In this document: positions 51,906-64,000 of the stretch, one piece after another
Layout of the letters: each line of letters opens with the position of its first letter
Position numbering within the stretch: the first letter of the stretch is position 1
Origin: Hormiphora californensis
Taxonomy: Eukaryota; Animalia; Ctenophora
DNA length: 64,000 nt
Reading direction: 5' to 3'
Assembly: GCA_020137815.1 (NCBI GenBank)
Contig: CM035353.1
Span: 4,898,001-4,962,000, forward strand
Made by a program: the position numbers and the translations under genes
The notes under the pieces: model-generated
Database searches by the model: none
What the model saw: only the letters and a program-made list of their open reading frames with translations
Told to the model about the DNA's origin: nothing

Positions 51906-52720
51906 TCACCATTTTGCTAGCCGCTTTGAAACCACTACCAGGGTTTCCGAATCTGCCGTCCTCTTTTTGTTATCCTCAACTTTCACGACAGCAAAGCTTC
52001 TATCAAGCTCCTCGATAAGCTCTTCCTCGATGTTTAGTTCTAGTTTTATGTCAAAACCAGGAAATTCCCGCTTTTCAGCTTTCGCAACAACACACTCAAA
52101 CCGTCTGTTGATAGAAGGGTCGCTCTTGGGCCCACTATCTGCTCCTATGAAGCTATCAATCAGTTTATCCACTGCCTCTACCTCCTCGGGAAGGCAGGGA
52201 GAGGAGGGTAGGGGAGGATAGAGCTGTGATTTAACCTCGTCTGTTAGGGGAAGTTGGAAGACGTGGAAGAAGGCGGTGTGAGGTTTTGTGACAGGGAGTA
52301 GGCAGACTAGCTGGGAATCTGCTCCTTCCTTCTTTACCAACCTAGGTGGAGAGAGAAATAGTTGTTAAATGAAAGTTGGAACTGTTATATTACCTAATAA
52401 TCGACCATAAAATCTCACCACGCCCTAGCTACGATGCAAACAGAGTTTCGTTGTAAAAAGATTAGAACTATCATCATGACAGATTCACACCATAACTGGG
52501 AGGAGTGTCTGTGTAAACTGGTGCCTGCTAACAAGCCTACACGTGTAGTACAACAACTAACGGTGCAGTGTGTGTTGTTACACAGTGTATCTAATTAACT
52601 GATGTAATTAATTACATAATTACCTGCAAATTGCCACCAGACCCAGTTCCTTGAGAGCTATAACAAAAGCAGCTAATGCCTGACCTTTAATTGGGTCATC
52701 TGCTGGTGCCATTAACAAGC
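51906..52720 (-). pseudogene. XRCC5: Ku80-like fragment, two exons (~52720-52624 and 52341-51906)
   Basis: Reads LLMAPADDPIKGQALAAFVIALKELGLVAICR|LVKKEGADSQLVCLLP...QLPLTDEVK...P...AVDKLIDSF...RRFECV, across a phase-2 GT-AG intron (52342-52623). There is an in-frame stop and no acceptor just upstream. Confidence 0.8.
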
Positions 52721-54529
52721 GTCAAAATTGCGATTCGATGGGCCTCATGGGGATCACATATCTGTTCTTTCGAACCGTCTAATTACCGGCAAGACATGCA
52801 ATAAGATGCACCGATTCGAAACACGATTCGGACGTGGTTTTTCAAAAAATTTTCAAAAAAAAAATTTCAAAAAAAAATTTCAAAAATTTTTGGGGGAAAT
52901 TTATCCTGCCGTTAAATCGGGGTGCCGCTAAATCGGGGGCCGTTAAATCGGGGTCCGACTGTATATCTTCAGCATCTCGTTTTGGAGGTTTCAGGGTCCA
53001 CTCCTTTGATAATGGGAGGAGTTAACTTACAATTGTGATCAACCGATATTTCCGGGATTTGTCGCTGATGATGTGCTTTCCCAAGATCTAGGCAATTACT
53101 TTTTCTGGTTTATACCGCTGCAAAATATTTTATTATTTAATCACAGTGTCACACCAACCGCTTCAACTAAGGTGTGTTGTAACTATGGGTAATGGGGCTT
53201 TGTGTGGTAACAATAGACAACTTAGTTGCACAGTCATATATGTCACTTGGGCCCTGTGCATCGCATCTCCAAGAGGTCCAAAGTCCAAGCCGCCATCTCT
53301 TAGTGCAGTTCCGGCTTCCTGTCGATTCGGCCTCCATCATGCATCAAGGTCTGGCAGGCTTGTCATGCTGTTGCCACTTATTTATGTCCCTGATCAAATG
53401 GAGCTGATGTGAACTAACAATTTTGCACATAGCAGATGAATGTCCGCCCACGTTATGTCCCGGACCCCCATTATATACCACCTCTCTTTAACTCAGCCTT
53501 GTATCACTTTATTGGTGTATGGTGTAAGAGCGGGACGAAGTTATATCTTATTTGAGTGACTTTGTGATAAATTGTGCGTAAACTTAAACTTAAACTATTA
53601 CCCCGTGCCCGCTTGATTAATAGTGGATGTATTATGCAGGATCTTTCTTAAACATTTCATGCCCTTTCCACCTTTGGACTGCAAATCACAGTATTTTTTA
53701 GACAGCCCCCTAAAACGAGTGGCGGGTCTTTTTCTTGGTGTGGGTACAGTGTTTCCAGTAAACTCGATAAAGACGACCGTCATGCCGATGCTCCATTATG
53801 CTCCCAAGGGTCTCCATGTATGCCTCAGAGCATGGCAGGGTGAGGAGGATGACCAAGAGCTCCAGAGTCCAGGGATGGCTTTGGGAGGTGGGCAAAAGAT
53901 GTTAGCCTCTTCAGGGTGTTCTCAAGGGTCTTCGTTGTCCTCATGGCCTCCTGATCTCTCTCCCTCAGCGGCCCCGATGTGATGATGGAGGACAGGAGGG
54001 TAAGGTCGGGTTGGGATGTGGTCTAGAACTCCCAGTCTTGGAGGAAGGGAGGGAGTGCCAGAGTTTCCTGGAGGGATCCATGTAGAGGATGAAGTTGATT
54101 GATGTTACGGCGCCCTTCTCCACCCCAATATTCATGTCCCTCGAACAGATAGTGTTTCGCAGCTGCCTGGTCGTAGTATCCACCTTCTTTACAACTGGGT
54201 AATGCGACTTTATCAATGAAAAGAATAGGGATCCCTAAAAAAGTGCTGGTGTACCATTATAGGGTTGTGTTGGCACACGGAGAAGGTGGGAGAGGGACAC
54301 AACAAGAGTGGCTTCCCAATCCACCACTCCTGGTACACCACGCACTCCCATGCGACTTATAAACATAAATAAATAAATAAATAGTAACCAATCTCATCAT
54401 TTTACGTTAAAAGTTCAACTTCGTGCATATTGATGGGCACGATCTTCCTCCTGTTCCCTCGAAGGGCTTTATCAATGGTGCATGAGGTATTTTTTACAAA
54501 GTTCACATAAAATTAATAAATTTCGGGAG

Positions 54530-54880
54530 CCTTGCTCCTTTTTCGTTGGCTAGAGTCAGATCTAGTGTTGATGAGTGTCCCGCCTCCTTTCTTGTTGCAA
54601 GGCTGATGTTGTTGTGAAGTACTTTACCATTATCTGATATATCCTGTTGGATAACTGTGTCCCTTTTCCCATATGTGATCTTGGCCAGATCCATAGAGGG
54701 GTCCCTAAATACAGATTTCTTTTGGTTCTGATGTTGTTTGTAAACGTTCGATATCGACACCTGTAGACACAAACATGTCCAGTAATTGAGGTAACAGCAG
54801 TAATTGCCCTTCTGAATTCTGATTTGTAAAAAAATACCCAGGGTTTCCCCTTTTTTTGCTGTCCCAACCTTGAAGGGCTG
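54530..54880 (-). mobile_element. Possible LINE AP-endonuclease remnant
   Basis: ATRKEAGHSSTLDLTLAN resembles the C-terminal APE motif. The region is frameshifted. Confidence 0.35.
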
Positions 54881-55469
54881 GTGTCACCGTCCGCGGCATC
54901 GTGATGATTGGAGTAGGGGCCACTACTAGGGGACCTTCACACTGGTCGCGCGTGTGAAGAGGACATTAGTTTTATTAGCTTTTTAATTTGAACACCTGAA
55001 TAAACGTCGTTTTCCTGAATGCCTGAATATTAGAACCCACGCTAACACACACGATACCAGTTTGGAGGTCCCCGAGTGGCCCCCACTCCAATCATCCCTT
55101 TTTTTCCTGATGGCCTGATGTCAACTTTGAAAGTCCCGAAGAATGAGTGCCAGTCCCGCCTGCTACTCCCGTTGTTAGTTCTCATTTGCAGGTGGACCAG
55201 TGAAATCTAGAAAACTCTGAGCAGCGCATGTACGGAGGGCGCGGCGCGTGGGCTTTATGAAAAGGCCCGCGCGTCAACAATGTAAAACTCTTGTTTCCCG
55301 CGCCCAGTCTTCAGTTCGCGAGAGTTCTAGCATTTCCGCCAACCGATTTCCCGCTTTGCCGGTCTTCCTTCTCTCTTGGTTGTTTGCTTTTAATTTAATG
55401 AGGAGAATTTCATGGTTTATCTCTTCATCCCTAATTTGTGTTAAACACTAGTTTAAATATTCTTGCTGC

Positions 55470-55700
55470 TCAGGCATGTAGGGGAAGTTTTGAAAGTGGT
55501 GGGGCCAAATTTTTTTGGTCACGTGATATGACATACACTGACACTGCATACCCCGCGTATTTTCCATTTGCCTGCTCGTCCCCGTACACCACAATGGAAA
55601 TGTTGTCGTCTTTCTTTACTGTCTGGCGACCATCAGTCACCAAGTTTCTCTTGCCGTCAAAGTAGGCGGAATGTATGGCTTGTCCCTCCAAATCTGCCAG
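55470..55700 (-). mobile_element. Degraded hAT-like transposase fragment
   Basis: AYFDGKR...NISIV...GKYAG resembles the YFDGRKD motif and is probably the same type as 59051-59420. Confidence 0.45.
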
Positions 55701-57519
55701 AGCCCTCTTCCCCGACCGGTAGATTTCCTACCTCAGCTTCTTCTCGTCATGACAACTAGTCGGGTGTCACCATGACCATAGAGTCTTCACAGGGCATTTT
55801 CCGAGAATACATCAGTGATTCTTATCAATTTCTCACCTAGTTCATTTAGTCCTGACCTACATTTTGATATTTAAATGTCCCGGAAAGTTTCTAAAATTAC
55901 ACACGACTTATATTACTCGGTTTGGGTCGGTTTGGGTCCCAGTGGATGTGGTTGGGATTCTGTGCCTGGGAGTGTGGCATATCAACTTCCATCTTAATTG
56001 CAGTTGTATTATTGTAATATTACCATACGTAGTTTATTGATTGAGGGCTCCCTTACCAACAATACGCAGTTTCTTTACTAGTGTAGAAAGCATTGTTGAT
56101 AATGCAGCTGGCAGTGATCCTGGGATCATGTTTTTCTCATGAACAGGCGAAACCTTTCCCTTAGATTTATGAGTTTTACATCGTTTACAAATCCAGTCTA
56201 TTCGATATTTTCACAACTCCTTGTAGGTAATGACGCTTACTGCAATGTTTGCACTCTAGGTAAACACTCCATCTCCTCCTTAAACTCTTCGGCATGTCCT
56301 TTTCACTTTTTAACTTTTGTTTGGTAGCAGTTTCTGTCATATTATTATTACAATTGGGCATAAACCTTATGGGAAGCGGGGGATAAACAAATCGTTTCGT
56401 GCAAGGAACTCTTCAGACACTTATAAGTTCAAGTATTTACATTTACTATTTACAAAAACAAACAAGGAAGTTTTAGTTCAACATTTACTATTTATATATA
56501 TCACCAGGAGTGCTATTGCTATTGCTATTGCTATCATGTACACGTGTTTTGTGTTGCACCATATTTTATTTTAGGGCGGTCGTGTACGTAATAATGTTTA
56601 CTACATTGCCAAATGCGGGTTATCAACGTTTTCCTTCGGTTCAAAAGTTCCTTAGTCAGCCGCACACCAGGCAGGTGTAAGAGAGATAAAACTGATAGTC
56701 TTGTTTCAATATTCGTTTTCACTTTTCTGTTCGTCAAAAGAAATTGTCATATACGAACAATGTGGTATACTTCTGCCATTGTGCCATCTCCATGGCAGTT
56801 GGAGGCCCCAGGATCCTCTGTGGGGGCATCGCAAACTACGGCACTAGAACAGAATCAAAGCGGCACTTTTATTTCACTTTGGAAACTTATTTTCATGTTA
56901 CCTGTTTATTCTCGGGCAGGTGAATCTTCGTTCATCCCCAAGCCACTCTACTACGGCCCATTTTTCCATCGTAAACTAAGGCTCAGGGATTAGCTTCTTA
57001 TATTACTTGCTTATGAAGTATGAACATTTTCGGGTTTGTTTAGGTAGATCAGAATCAAGGCCAGGTCAGGTTAAGATCTGCAGATGCTTTCAGATATGGT
57101 TCTTAGGTATTTACCGTTTCCTTTAATACTGACAGCCCTCTCGTGTGGGCACAACTCTCATCACTAGAAAATTTTGATGAATTCTTGAATTCCTCTAATC
57201 CCTGGGCTGGACTTAACGCATCCCGTCCGTCTCCCGAAGTATCGACTCGCCCTCACACTTGCAGTCCCATATTCATCTTCTGGCTTGCATTGAAGAGTCC
57301 CAATTGTCCCCAGAGGTTATCCTGCTTAATTCCAAAATGACTGTCCAAAAGTCAACAGCGCCAGACTTAACGCAAATATATTGCCACAACTAAGGTTCCC
57401 TGTTAACTGGTCATTGATATTCCAGCTCACATCCGTATAGGGATTAAAAAGTTGTACAAAATCCCGAAAAACAGCAACACTATCAATGAGCGTCGCATCC
57501 TTGAAAGTTGCTCTACTCA

Positions 57520-57700
57520 ATTCTCAAATGTGTTTCAATTTGGTCTTGTCTGGGTTCAATTCCAGGTTGTGTTTGTCACACCATTGTGCGACCTTGTCCA
57601 GGACCCATTGGGCACGAGTGAACATGTTCAGGATGTTGTCACCTGCCATTGCAGTACTGGCAAAGTCATCAGCAATCGCTTGCAGATGCTCGTTCTGATT
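57520..57700 (-). mobile_element. Non-LTR reverse transcriptase fragment
   Basis: Reads LQAIADDF...QWVLDKVAQWCDKHNLELNPDKTK. Confidence 0.75.
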
Positions 57701-59050
57701 GACTACTCCAAGGACCTCTGTGGTTCAAGTCGACTCAGAGAAAAGTTGGCGGCGGCCACCTCTAGCTTGTTTCATCAAATTTACGAAGCAATTAATAATA
57801 ATAATAATTATTAAGTAATATATTTATCTCCGTCCTGGTGGAAGTACCTTACAGTCAGCTATTTTGAATTGTCTTAATTTCAAAAGAAAACTGGAACTAC
57901 GTCTTTGGTGGTAAGGACTGCGTTATGCCTGGTCACACCGCCTTGTACTTTGTAGAAGGAGCTGGCTGACGACGCGTTGTGCGTTAATTGTGCCAAACAT
58001 CTTTTTTCAAGTAGCTGAAGTATAATACATACTATGGCGCTTCCGTGAATGATACAGAGCCTAGTTGGCTATAGCCAGTATCAAATATCTATCAGTTTGG
58101 GCTACTTGGTTGTCTAATTGTTTGCTGAGTCGTGGTGTGACTTTACCAACTGCTTTTGAAAAAACTTATAAACAGTATAAAATGTTTAAGGCCAACCATC
58201 GTGATGCTCAACTTATTTGTCTCCAGTAGTTTTATTTCACCTGTATGCCTTTCGTTTCCTGCCGACAGATATTCCATCGAAGTATCAATCCTCTAATACG
58301 TGTAAAATCAGACCTAACATGGCGATAAGTACGTAGTGTGGGTGGCAGTAATTTCGCTAGTTGGTTCAGTACAGGGTGTCCTGGTGCTCTTAATTCCTAT
58401 TTTTTGTGCCAATATTTAACATTAATTATATGAAATAGTCTTCTATAACTCGCTGATGGGCGTAGTGACTATTTGATATCGTATTTTTTAGCCGAAACAG
58501 CACATTATATGGCCCTTCTCCTGTGCCTCGAAAAACTATTAAAGTTCGTCTTTCTTTTGCAGTTTGGTCCAGTTCCTATATACTTTTTTAAACCTTTCCA
58601 TCGAAGTCTATAATAATTGGCAGTAGTAAAGTTATATTCGATGGTGTTCGTATCTTGGTCCTTGCGTCCAATGTATTGAGCATCCCTGATAGCTGTACTT
58701 CATAAAGAAGATGCTTGGCCCCCTTTCCTATCACTGCATCCTTTCCTATTGCTGTAAACACCTGGAGTTATGTTATTTACTAACTCCGATAGTTATATCT
58801 TAACCCCTCCCTATACTCCCTCCATTCAAATTGTACTAGGTATAATACGATAATACGATAAACTTCCCTAGTTGGTCCTGGTACCGGTACATACAGGCTC
58901 ATTATCCGGGATGCTGTGGTATACCACCTTGACCCGTCTATCTACCCGATCTTAAGGGAACCCAGTCTTTGAGGAAACAGTACAGGATCCAGAACACACC
59001 CAAGGCCAGTAATGGATATACTATTATATACACTAATCGAGAGTTTAAAA

Positions 59051-59420
59051 CTATTTCGACGTTGTTGACGCTAAACATATGCGGTACGTATATCTCGCAT
59101 CGTTGGATAGCTTTTGGATAGCTGCTTCATCCAACTCGTCCAGCTCCACATCTCGAAACTTGCCACCGGTTTGCTCCATAAATCGGTGCTCAGTTCCTCC
59201 CCAATTGTAGGCCATGTAGGGTCTAATGTAGGGCCGGTCATGGTGCTGTTTGAGGTGGTATTTATCCCCAAAAACTTGAATAGTTTCTTGAGGGGAAGCT
59301 CTCCGTGGTGAAGCAGGCATACATTCCACTGCAGTGTCCGTCCCACCATACTTTGTATGTGAACGAGAGCCCCGACCATCCGCCCGATGAGAAAAGCCTC
59401 TTACAACAGCCTCATAGGTT
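59051..59420 (-). mobile_element. Frameshifted hAT-like transposase fragment
   Basis: GALVHIQSMVGRTLQWNVCLLHHGELPLKKLF (CxxH motif), continuing in another frame as LSNDARYTYRIC. Confidence 0.65.
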
Positions 59421-60059
59421 GCCAAATTCGCCCAGTACTGCCGCAGTGCATGACGGCTGTGCATGACAAACTTCCTGTCTATTTGGAGGGAAGGACAGCT
59501 ACTCCCCTGATCAGTACTGAGCATCTGTTCATAGGCCGTGGTGTCACTGAAGAATGTGGCAACTCTGGTGGGTATAGGCATGAGAGATAGTGCCTGGTTC
59601 CGTATCTCCCCCTGCCGCCTCCTTCTCCTGTTTCACCGCCCTCTTCAGTATTAGCTCAAGCACATGTGCCCCGTCCCACAGCCACAACATCCTCCGCTTG
59701 TCAGCACGTTCAATATGTTCCCATCGCAGGGCTTGATAACCAACCTTGCTAGGTAGAGTTTTCCCTGTTATGTTACATTTAAATTATATTGTTAATATTT
59801 GTCATCTTTGACATCCGGGGGATTTTAGGCCCATTTTAGACAATCGATCTATTGCGGCATGGTCAATACAATCATTTTTATAGAGATAAACGAGAATATT
59901 CACGTGTACGCATGGTACTACGGTGTACACCTGTCATCAATCATTAGACAGTCACTGGTACGGTGGTGTTGCTGAAAACAATACTGAATATTATCTACCA
60001 TATTTGCTACTACATAGTTTAATGTTTTGGTATCGAAGTCTGACTCAAGAATATCCAAT

Positions 60060-60460
60060 GGCACCAATGGTGCAAACCTCTTATTTGGAACTCGATAACC
60101 ATGGCTGATTTGTTATAGCCTATAGTCCAGCCTTATCGGAAACTGGTATCTTAAAAATTGCTTGTTATTCATAGTTGCATTGAAAACTTGCCGTCTTAAA
60201 AGAACTGATTTTCTACCACAGTCGTAACTACATTTAATTGTCATGGTTTGTCTATTGATACACTTTACCGTCAGTCTGGTGTTGATGGGTGTGTTGCAAA
60301 CCTTTTATTTGGAACTCGATAACGCTAGCGATGGCCTCTTGCTCACCAAATACAAATCTCATGTCCTTGTAGAATTCGTCTGTGTGTAGTTTATAAGTTG
60401 CGGTAACAATGTCGTGCCGGTCATTTGGTTGAAGTTTGGGTGCTCCCTGTAAATACTGAT
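60060..60460 (-). mobile_element. Helitron Rep (HUH) fragment with duplicated motif 2
   Basis: QPNDRHDIV...VFGEQEAIASVIEFQIKGLQHTH, plus a second VIEFQIRGLHH at ~60067-60100. Confidence 0.82.
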
Positions 60461-61221
60461 TTCCTAGGTTGTCAACCATGTTATAAAATACAGATTTAGA
60501 ATGAGTCAACAGTTTTTTTTACAAGAAAAACACTTCTATCGTGAGCTAGGTTATTTTCCTAGGTTGTCAACCATGTCGGGTGGGTTGGATTACACGTGAA
60601 CGTAATGAAAAATCTATCCATAAAGTCGTGAGGTAGTTCTCAGGGTTCTTACCTTGAAACAAACCAGAAATAGTTTGTCTGCATCCAAATATATCACCTG
60701 CAGGACATTCCAATCTGCAGAACAAAAATTGATCGGTATAAATTAAACTATGCAATGAGTAATATAGATGTCAATAAAGAATATAAAATGTTTATATGAA
60801 ATATTCAAATAAGAATACGATCCGATAAGATGCAAAGAAATTGACTATAAAGCAATTCCCTTTGATCGTATTATAAACTGTCTACACATATTCACTTACC
60901 CAGTGGGTGGACAAAATTGCAGCCCGGCACCAAGCATGAGACCCCGTACAGGAAGTTAGGGCATACGTTGGAGATGTATCTGAAACACGGTATAGGTGTT
61001 ACATTTTGATGGAGTTACAAAAACATATAATAATTGTTCAGGGGTTCATCTCGGGGTGTAGTTGCCCAACACAAACCAGGCCAATGGTTACTAGCCGGAT
61101 GCCGTCATGGTGGATAAACGGGAAGAAGATGGGAAGAAGATGTTGGATGCAGGAGGTTCACTATGTGAGGCTCCTCACGGTGAAGTTCAGAGTACTGTTA
61201 CAGTGGTCCTCCGACATATTC

Positions 61222-61396
61222 CGACGTGAAATTCGACCTAGATCTCGACCTGGAATGAGCCGCGCATCAGAGAGATGTGCCGCAGTAAGAAAATGATGTC
61301 GCGCTTCAACTCTTTTCTCTCGCTAGTCTTTGTGTCTCTCTCACTACGAATGCGCGCCTCATTCCAGGTCGAGATTCTCGTCGAATTTCACGTCGA
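61222..61396. repeat. Imperfect inverted repeat, ~45-bp arms
   Basis: cgacgtgaaattcgac...cctggaatgag pairs with ctcattccagg...gtcgaatttcacgtcg. Confidence 0.75.
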
Positions 61397-61605
61397 GGTA
61401 TGGCAATTATGTTGGATGACCACTGTTATTGGTCTAACTTGCTCTTCCATCACTATAAAATGAATGATGGGAGGCTCTGAAACAATATAGGTCTACTCTT
61501 ATGGTCTGAATAGATTGTATTATATAAGATTCACTCGAGTCTCTGTCGCTGGTACATCCATTCGACGAATATAATTGTGTTGAAGAATTTTCACTTGTCA
61601 ATATA

Positions 61606-62052
61606 TTATATATATTTAATTGACGTCAATGTAGCATGTGAAAACGCGACAAACAATTGGTGACGCGGTCCCCCCTCCACTAGGGCCGCGCGAAGCGCGG
61701 CAACGAAGCCGGCGAAGTAGGATGGCAAATTATACCCTCGGTTCATAAACCTGTACGGGGTAGGAAGTGCCGGGGGAGGAGGAGGAGGTGGGGGTCCAGC
61801 TGCCGCATTCCTCTCGGCAATACCGTGCGGCTGAAACGAAATAAATATTAACATCACAATAATGGTTGTTGACACCAAATTGTAAAATTACATATCATTT
61901 GCATTTTGTTATTTGTGATCTAGAGTATTGATAACTTTCTTAGGTGTCCCCGTTTGTGGCATCTGTAACACCGGGGTTTTTGATAAGGCTTGCTAGGCCC
62001 ATGCCACTTCATCCATGAGGGAGTTGCCCGGGTTGGAGGTAGAGGTACTGGA
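61606..62052 (-). pseudogene. Spliced proline-rich zinc-knuckle gene, copy B (donor site deleted)
   Basis: Reads HGPSKPYQKPRCYRCHKRGHLRK. The intron and acceptor ttcag|CCGCACG are homologous to copy A, and a poly-Pro exon follows. Confidence 0.65.
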
Positions 62053-62246
62053 TTTACCAAAGGTTAATACTATTTGCTATCAACTACTATAAAAAAGAAA
62101 TATGGTACATGGGAGGGAGTATAAAAAGTAAACTTGTATTGTTTCTTCTTGGTTGAGCCAATAGATGATGGCACTTGCTGCTCCGGCCGTTGCGACGCAG
62201 CCAGCAATAATCTTTGTCTTCAAAGTGAACATAACAAATGTTGTCT

Positions 62247-62690
62247 TTACTCTTTGTTTTTCTTGGAAGATGTTCCTGGAATCGTTTCTTCGACTCCGTA
62301 AAGGAGTTTAGCAGTTGTTACTGCTGTCCATATCCATTCCTGTACTTCTGTGCCGAGTCCCCATGTTGGTCCTACCAATCTGCGGGCTAGATTTTCCATT
62401 CTTGAGGCTTCTGCTGTTATCCTCGTATAGTGAGACATCCAGATCAGTCCAAAGTCACCCCCAGATACTTAAATACTCTTTTTTTGAACGGTATTATTTC
62501 TTCTTTGCAGATTTAAATGGTAGTTGGAGAAGTTGGCATTCGTTTCTTGTGTGTAAAAAGGACTACTGCTGATTTTCCCACTGATATTTCCAGGTCCAGT
62601 TCTTCGCACCATTTAGCAACTTCGTCCATGATCCATTGAAGTCGCTTCATTAGATCTTCGATATCTGTATCACTAACCTTGATGTGGAGA
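62247..62690 (-). mobile_element. Non-LTR RT/thumb fragment (LOA/R1-like)
   Basis: LQWIMDEVAKWCEELDLEISVGKSAVVLFT and GPTWGL...WIWTAV...LLYG. Confidence 0.8.
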
Positions 62691-62718
62691 GTATAGGGTG
62701 TAAACAGCAAAACAAGAC

Positions 62719-62758
62719 GAATTCAACGTTTCGGATATAAATCCTTTATCAAGAAATT
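62719..62758 (-). ncRNA. Minimal hammerhead-like motif of Penelope type (variant core)
   Basis: aatttc-TTGATAAA-ggat ttat atcc-GAAA-CGTT-gaatt. Confidence 0.35.
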
Positions 62759-64000
62759 GGTAGATTACATAAAGGATGATATCTAATAAATCAAACAAGG
62801 ATGTTGTTGAGAACAATACACGTGCAGTTGGTAACTAAGTATAGCTTCATTTCAAAAGTGATTCTTGGTACCTAACAGTTTTAACATTGGAGCTTCAAAT
62901 GCCTTTTATTAGTACTACATAGTACAAAGTTTTCGCTAGTTCATACTAACCCGTGAGGTGTGGAACTGGAATACCAAACTCCACTCTCCAATATTGTGCA
63001 TCTTTGGGACCAAGCAGTTTACCCTTTCATGCAATATATTGAATGTATCTTATGAAGATACCTGTCAAATGTTCTTACTTCTATAACAGGATATGTATTG
63101 CGAAATTATGATGCTTATTATTACAAAGTAATACAAGATGTAATAATCGTTTACTCAAGTTTCATGCTTTCACAATCATCAGAACCTGTTACACCTGTTA
63201 TTGGGAATATTAGTTGGAGACACACAAACTGAAACTCAGGAACTTGGGTGATGGAAAAAGTTCAGTGGGAAAGTGAAAGAGTGGGAATAGTAGCAATAAG
63301 ATGAACCTTTTAGTTTTTGAATGGAATTGGAATTTGAAGATAAGTGAAACTCAAAGAATTTATTTTTAATTATAAAATCCAATTATTTATACACATAAAA
63401 TCCATTTCTATTTTTTTTGTCTTTTTATTTTTTTCCCGATTTTCTTTTTTTTGTCACTTGCACTGTGTCAGTCGGCGGGGGTTGGGCGCTGGATCCTCCT
63501 CCAGTTCCACCGCAGACCTCATCGAGCTGAAAAAGTAGTTTGCTGTAATATATGTATAAATATTATCACGATTGGAAGAAAAAATTGGTCGATTTTGCAT
63601 TTGTACTTACAGATGCCCAGGATTCATTAAGTATGCGCATTACTTCCTCATCCGTAATGGTGTTTGACATATTTGCTATAAAATGGCATGTTGTTAAAGA
63701 TTGATGAGACAGCTTTCGCTGTATTGCCTAATGCCTGCCGCGGAGTGATTATACGGAGATCTGTTAGAGTCTCGCGGCGTGTTCCGAACCATGTTGTCAG
63801 ACATTAAAAACAAGATTTTTAAGCGATATTTCGGATTTCTCCTTAATCATGCATGACTCTAACAACTATTAATAACTTTTGCCAGTTTCTACAGAGTGCT
63901 GATCTCATATAATGCCTTTTTAATTTTCCCTTCGTAACTGACTGGGGCCATATCTCATACCACTTCATGGAACGCCACTCTCAAAGCTTTGTCTTGGTTC

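Noticed and set aside
59051-59581. 176-aa novel protein
   Set aside because: It is mostly an off-frame reading of a frameshifted transposase.
62955-63030. Helitron Rep-like motif (LLGPKDAQYWRVEF..PH, minus strand)
   Set aside because: Too short and degenerate to call without a search.

Overview
Repeat-rich eukaryotic (animal) genomic DNA with spliceosomal GT-AG introns, long (GA)n/(TC)n microsatellites and two 100-N scaffold gaps. It is not prokaryotic, so most ORF-track entries are artefacts. The GPCR style and repeat landscape suggest a marine invertebrate, possibly a ctenophore, but this is only inference. All recognisable host genes are incomplete: a rhodopsin-type GPCR cut near TM5, the four 3' exons of an ANTP/NKL homeobox gene lacking helix 1, a disabled Smad MH2 exon, a 5'-truncated two-exon Ku80 piece and an Nse4 C-terminal ORF. 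Mobile DNA dominates: non-LTR retrotransposon pieces (one with intact RNase H and a 13-bp TSD), Helitron Rep and PIF1 fragments, degraded DDE transposases and many foldback MITEs with readable TSDs. The most unusual signal is a recurrent spliced, proline-rich CCHC zinc-knuckle module whose last Cys codon is split by a phase-2 intron. It lies beside the Helitron fragments and at the end of a Ku80-Nse4-knuckle chain joined by two copies of the same intron-like linker. This suggests a Helitron-associated accessory gene and gene-capture system, or alternatively a trans-spliced polycistronic unit. All assignments were made by eye, without database searches.
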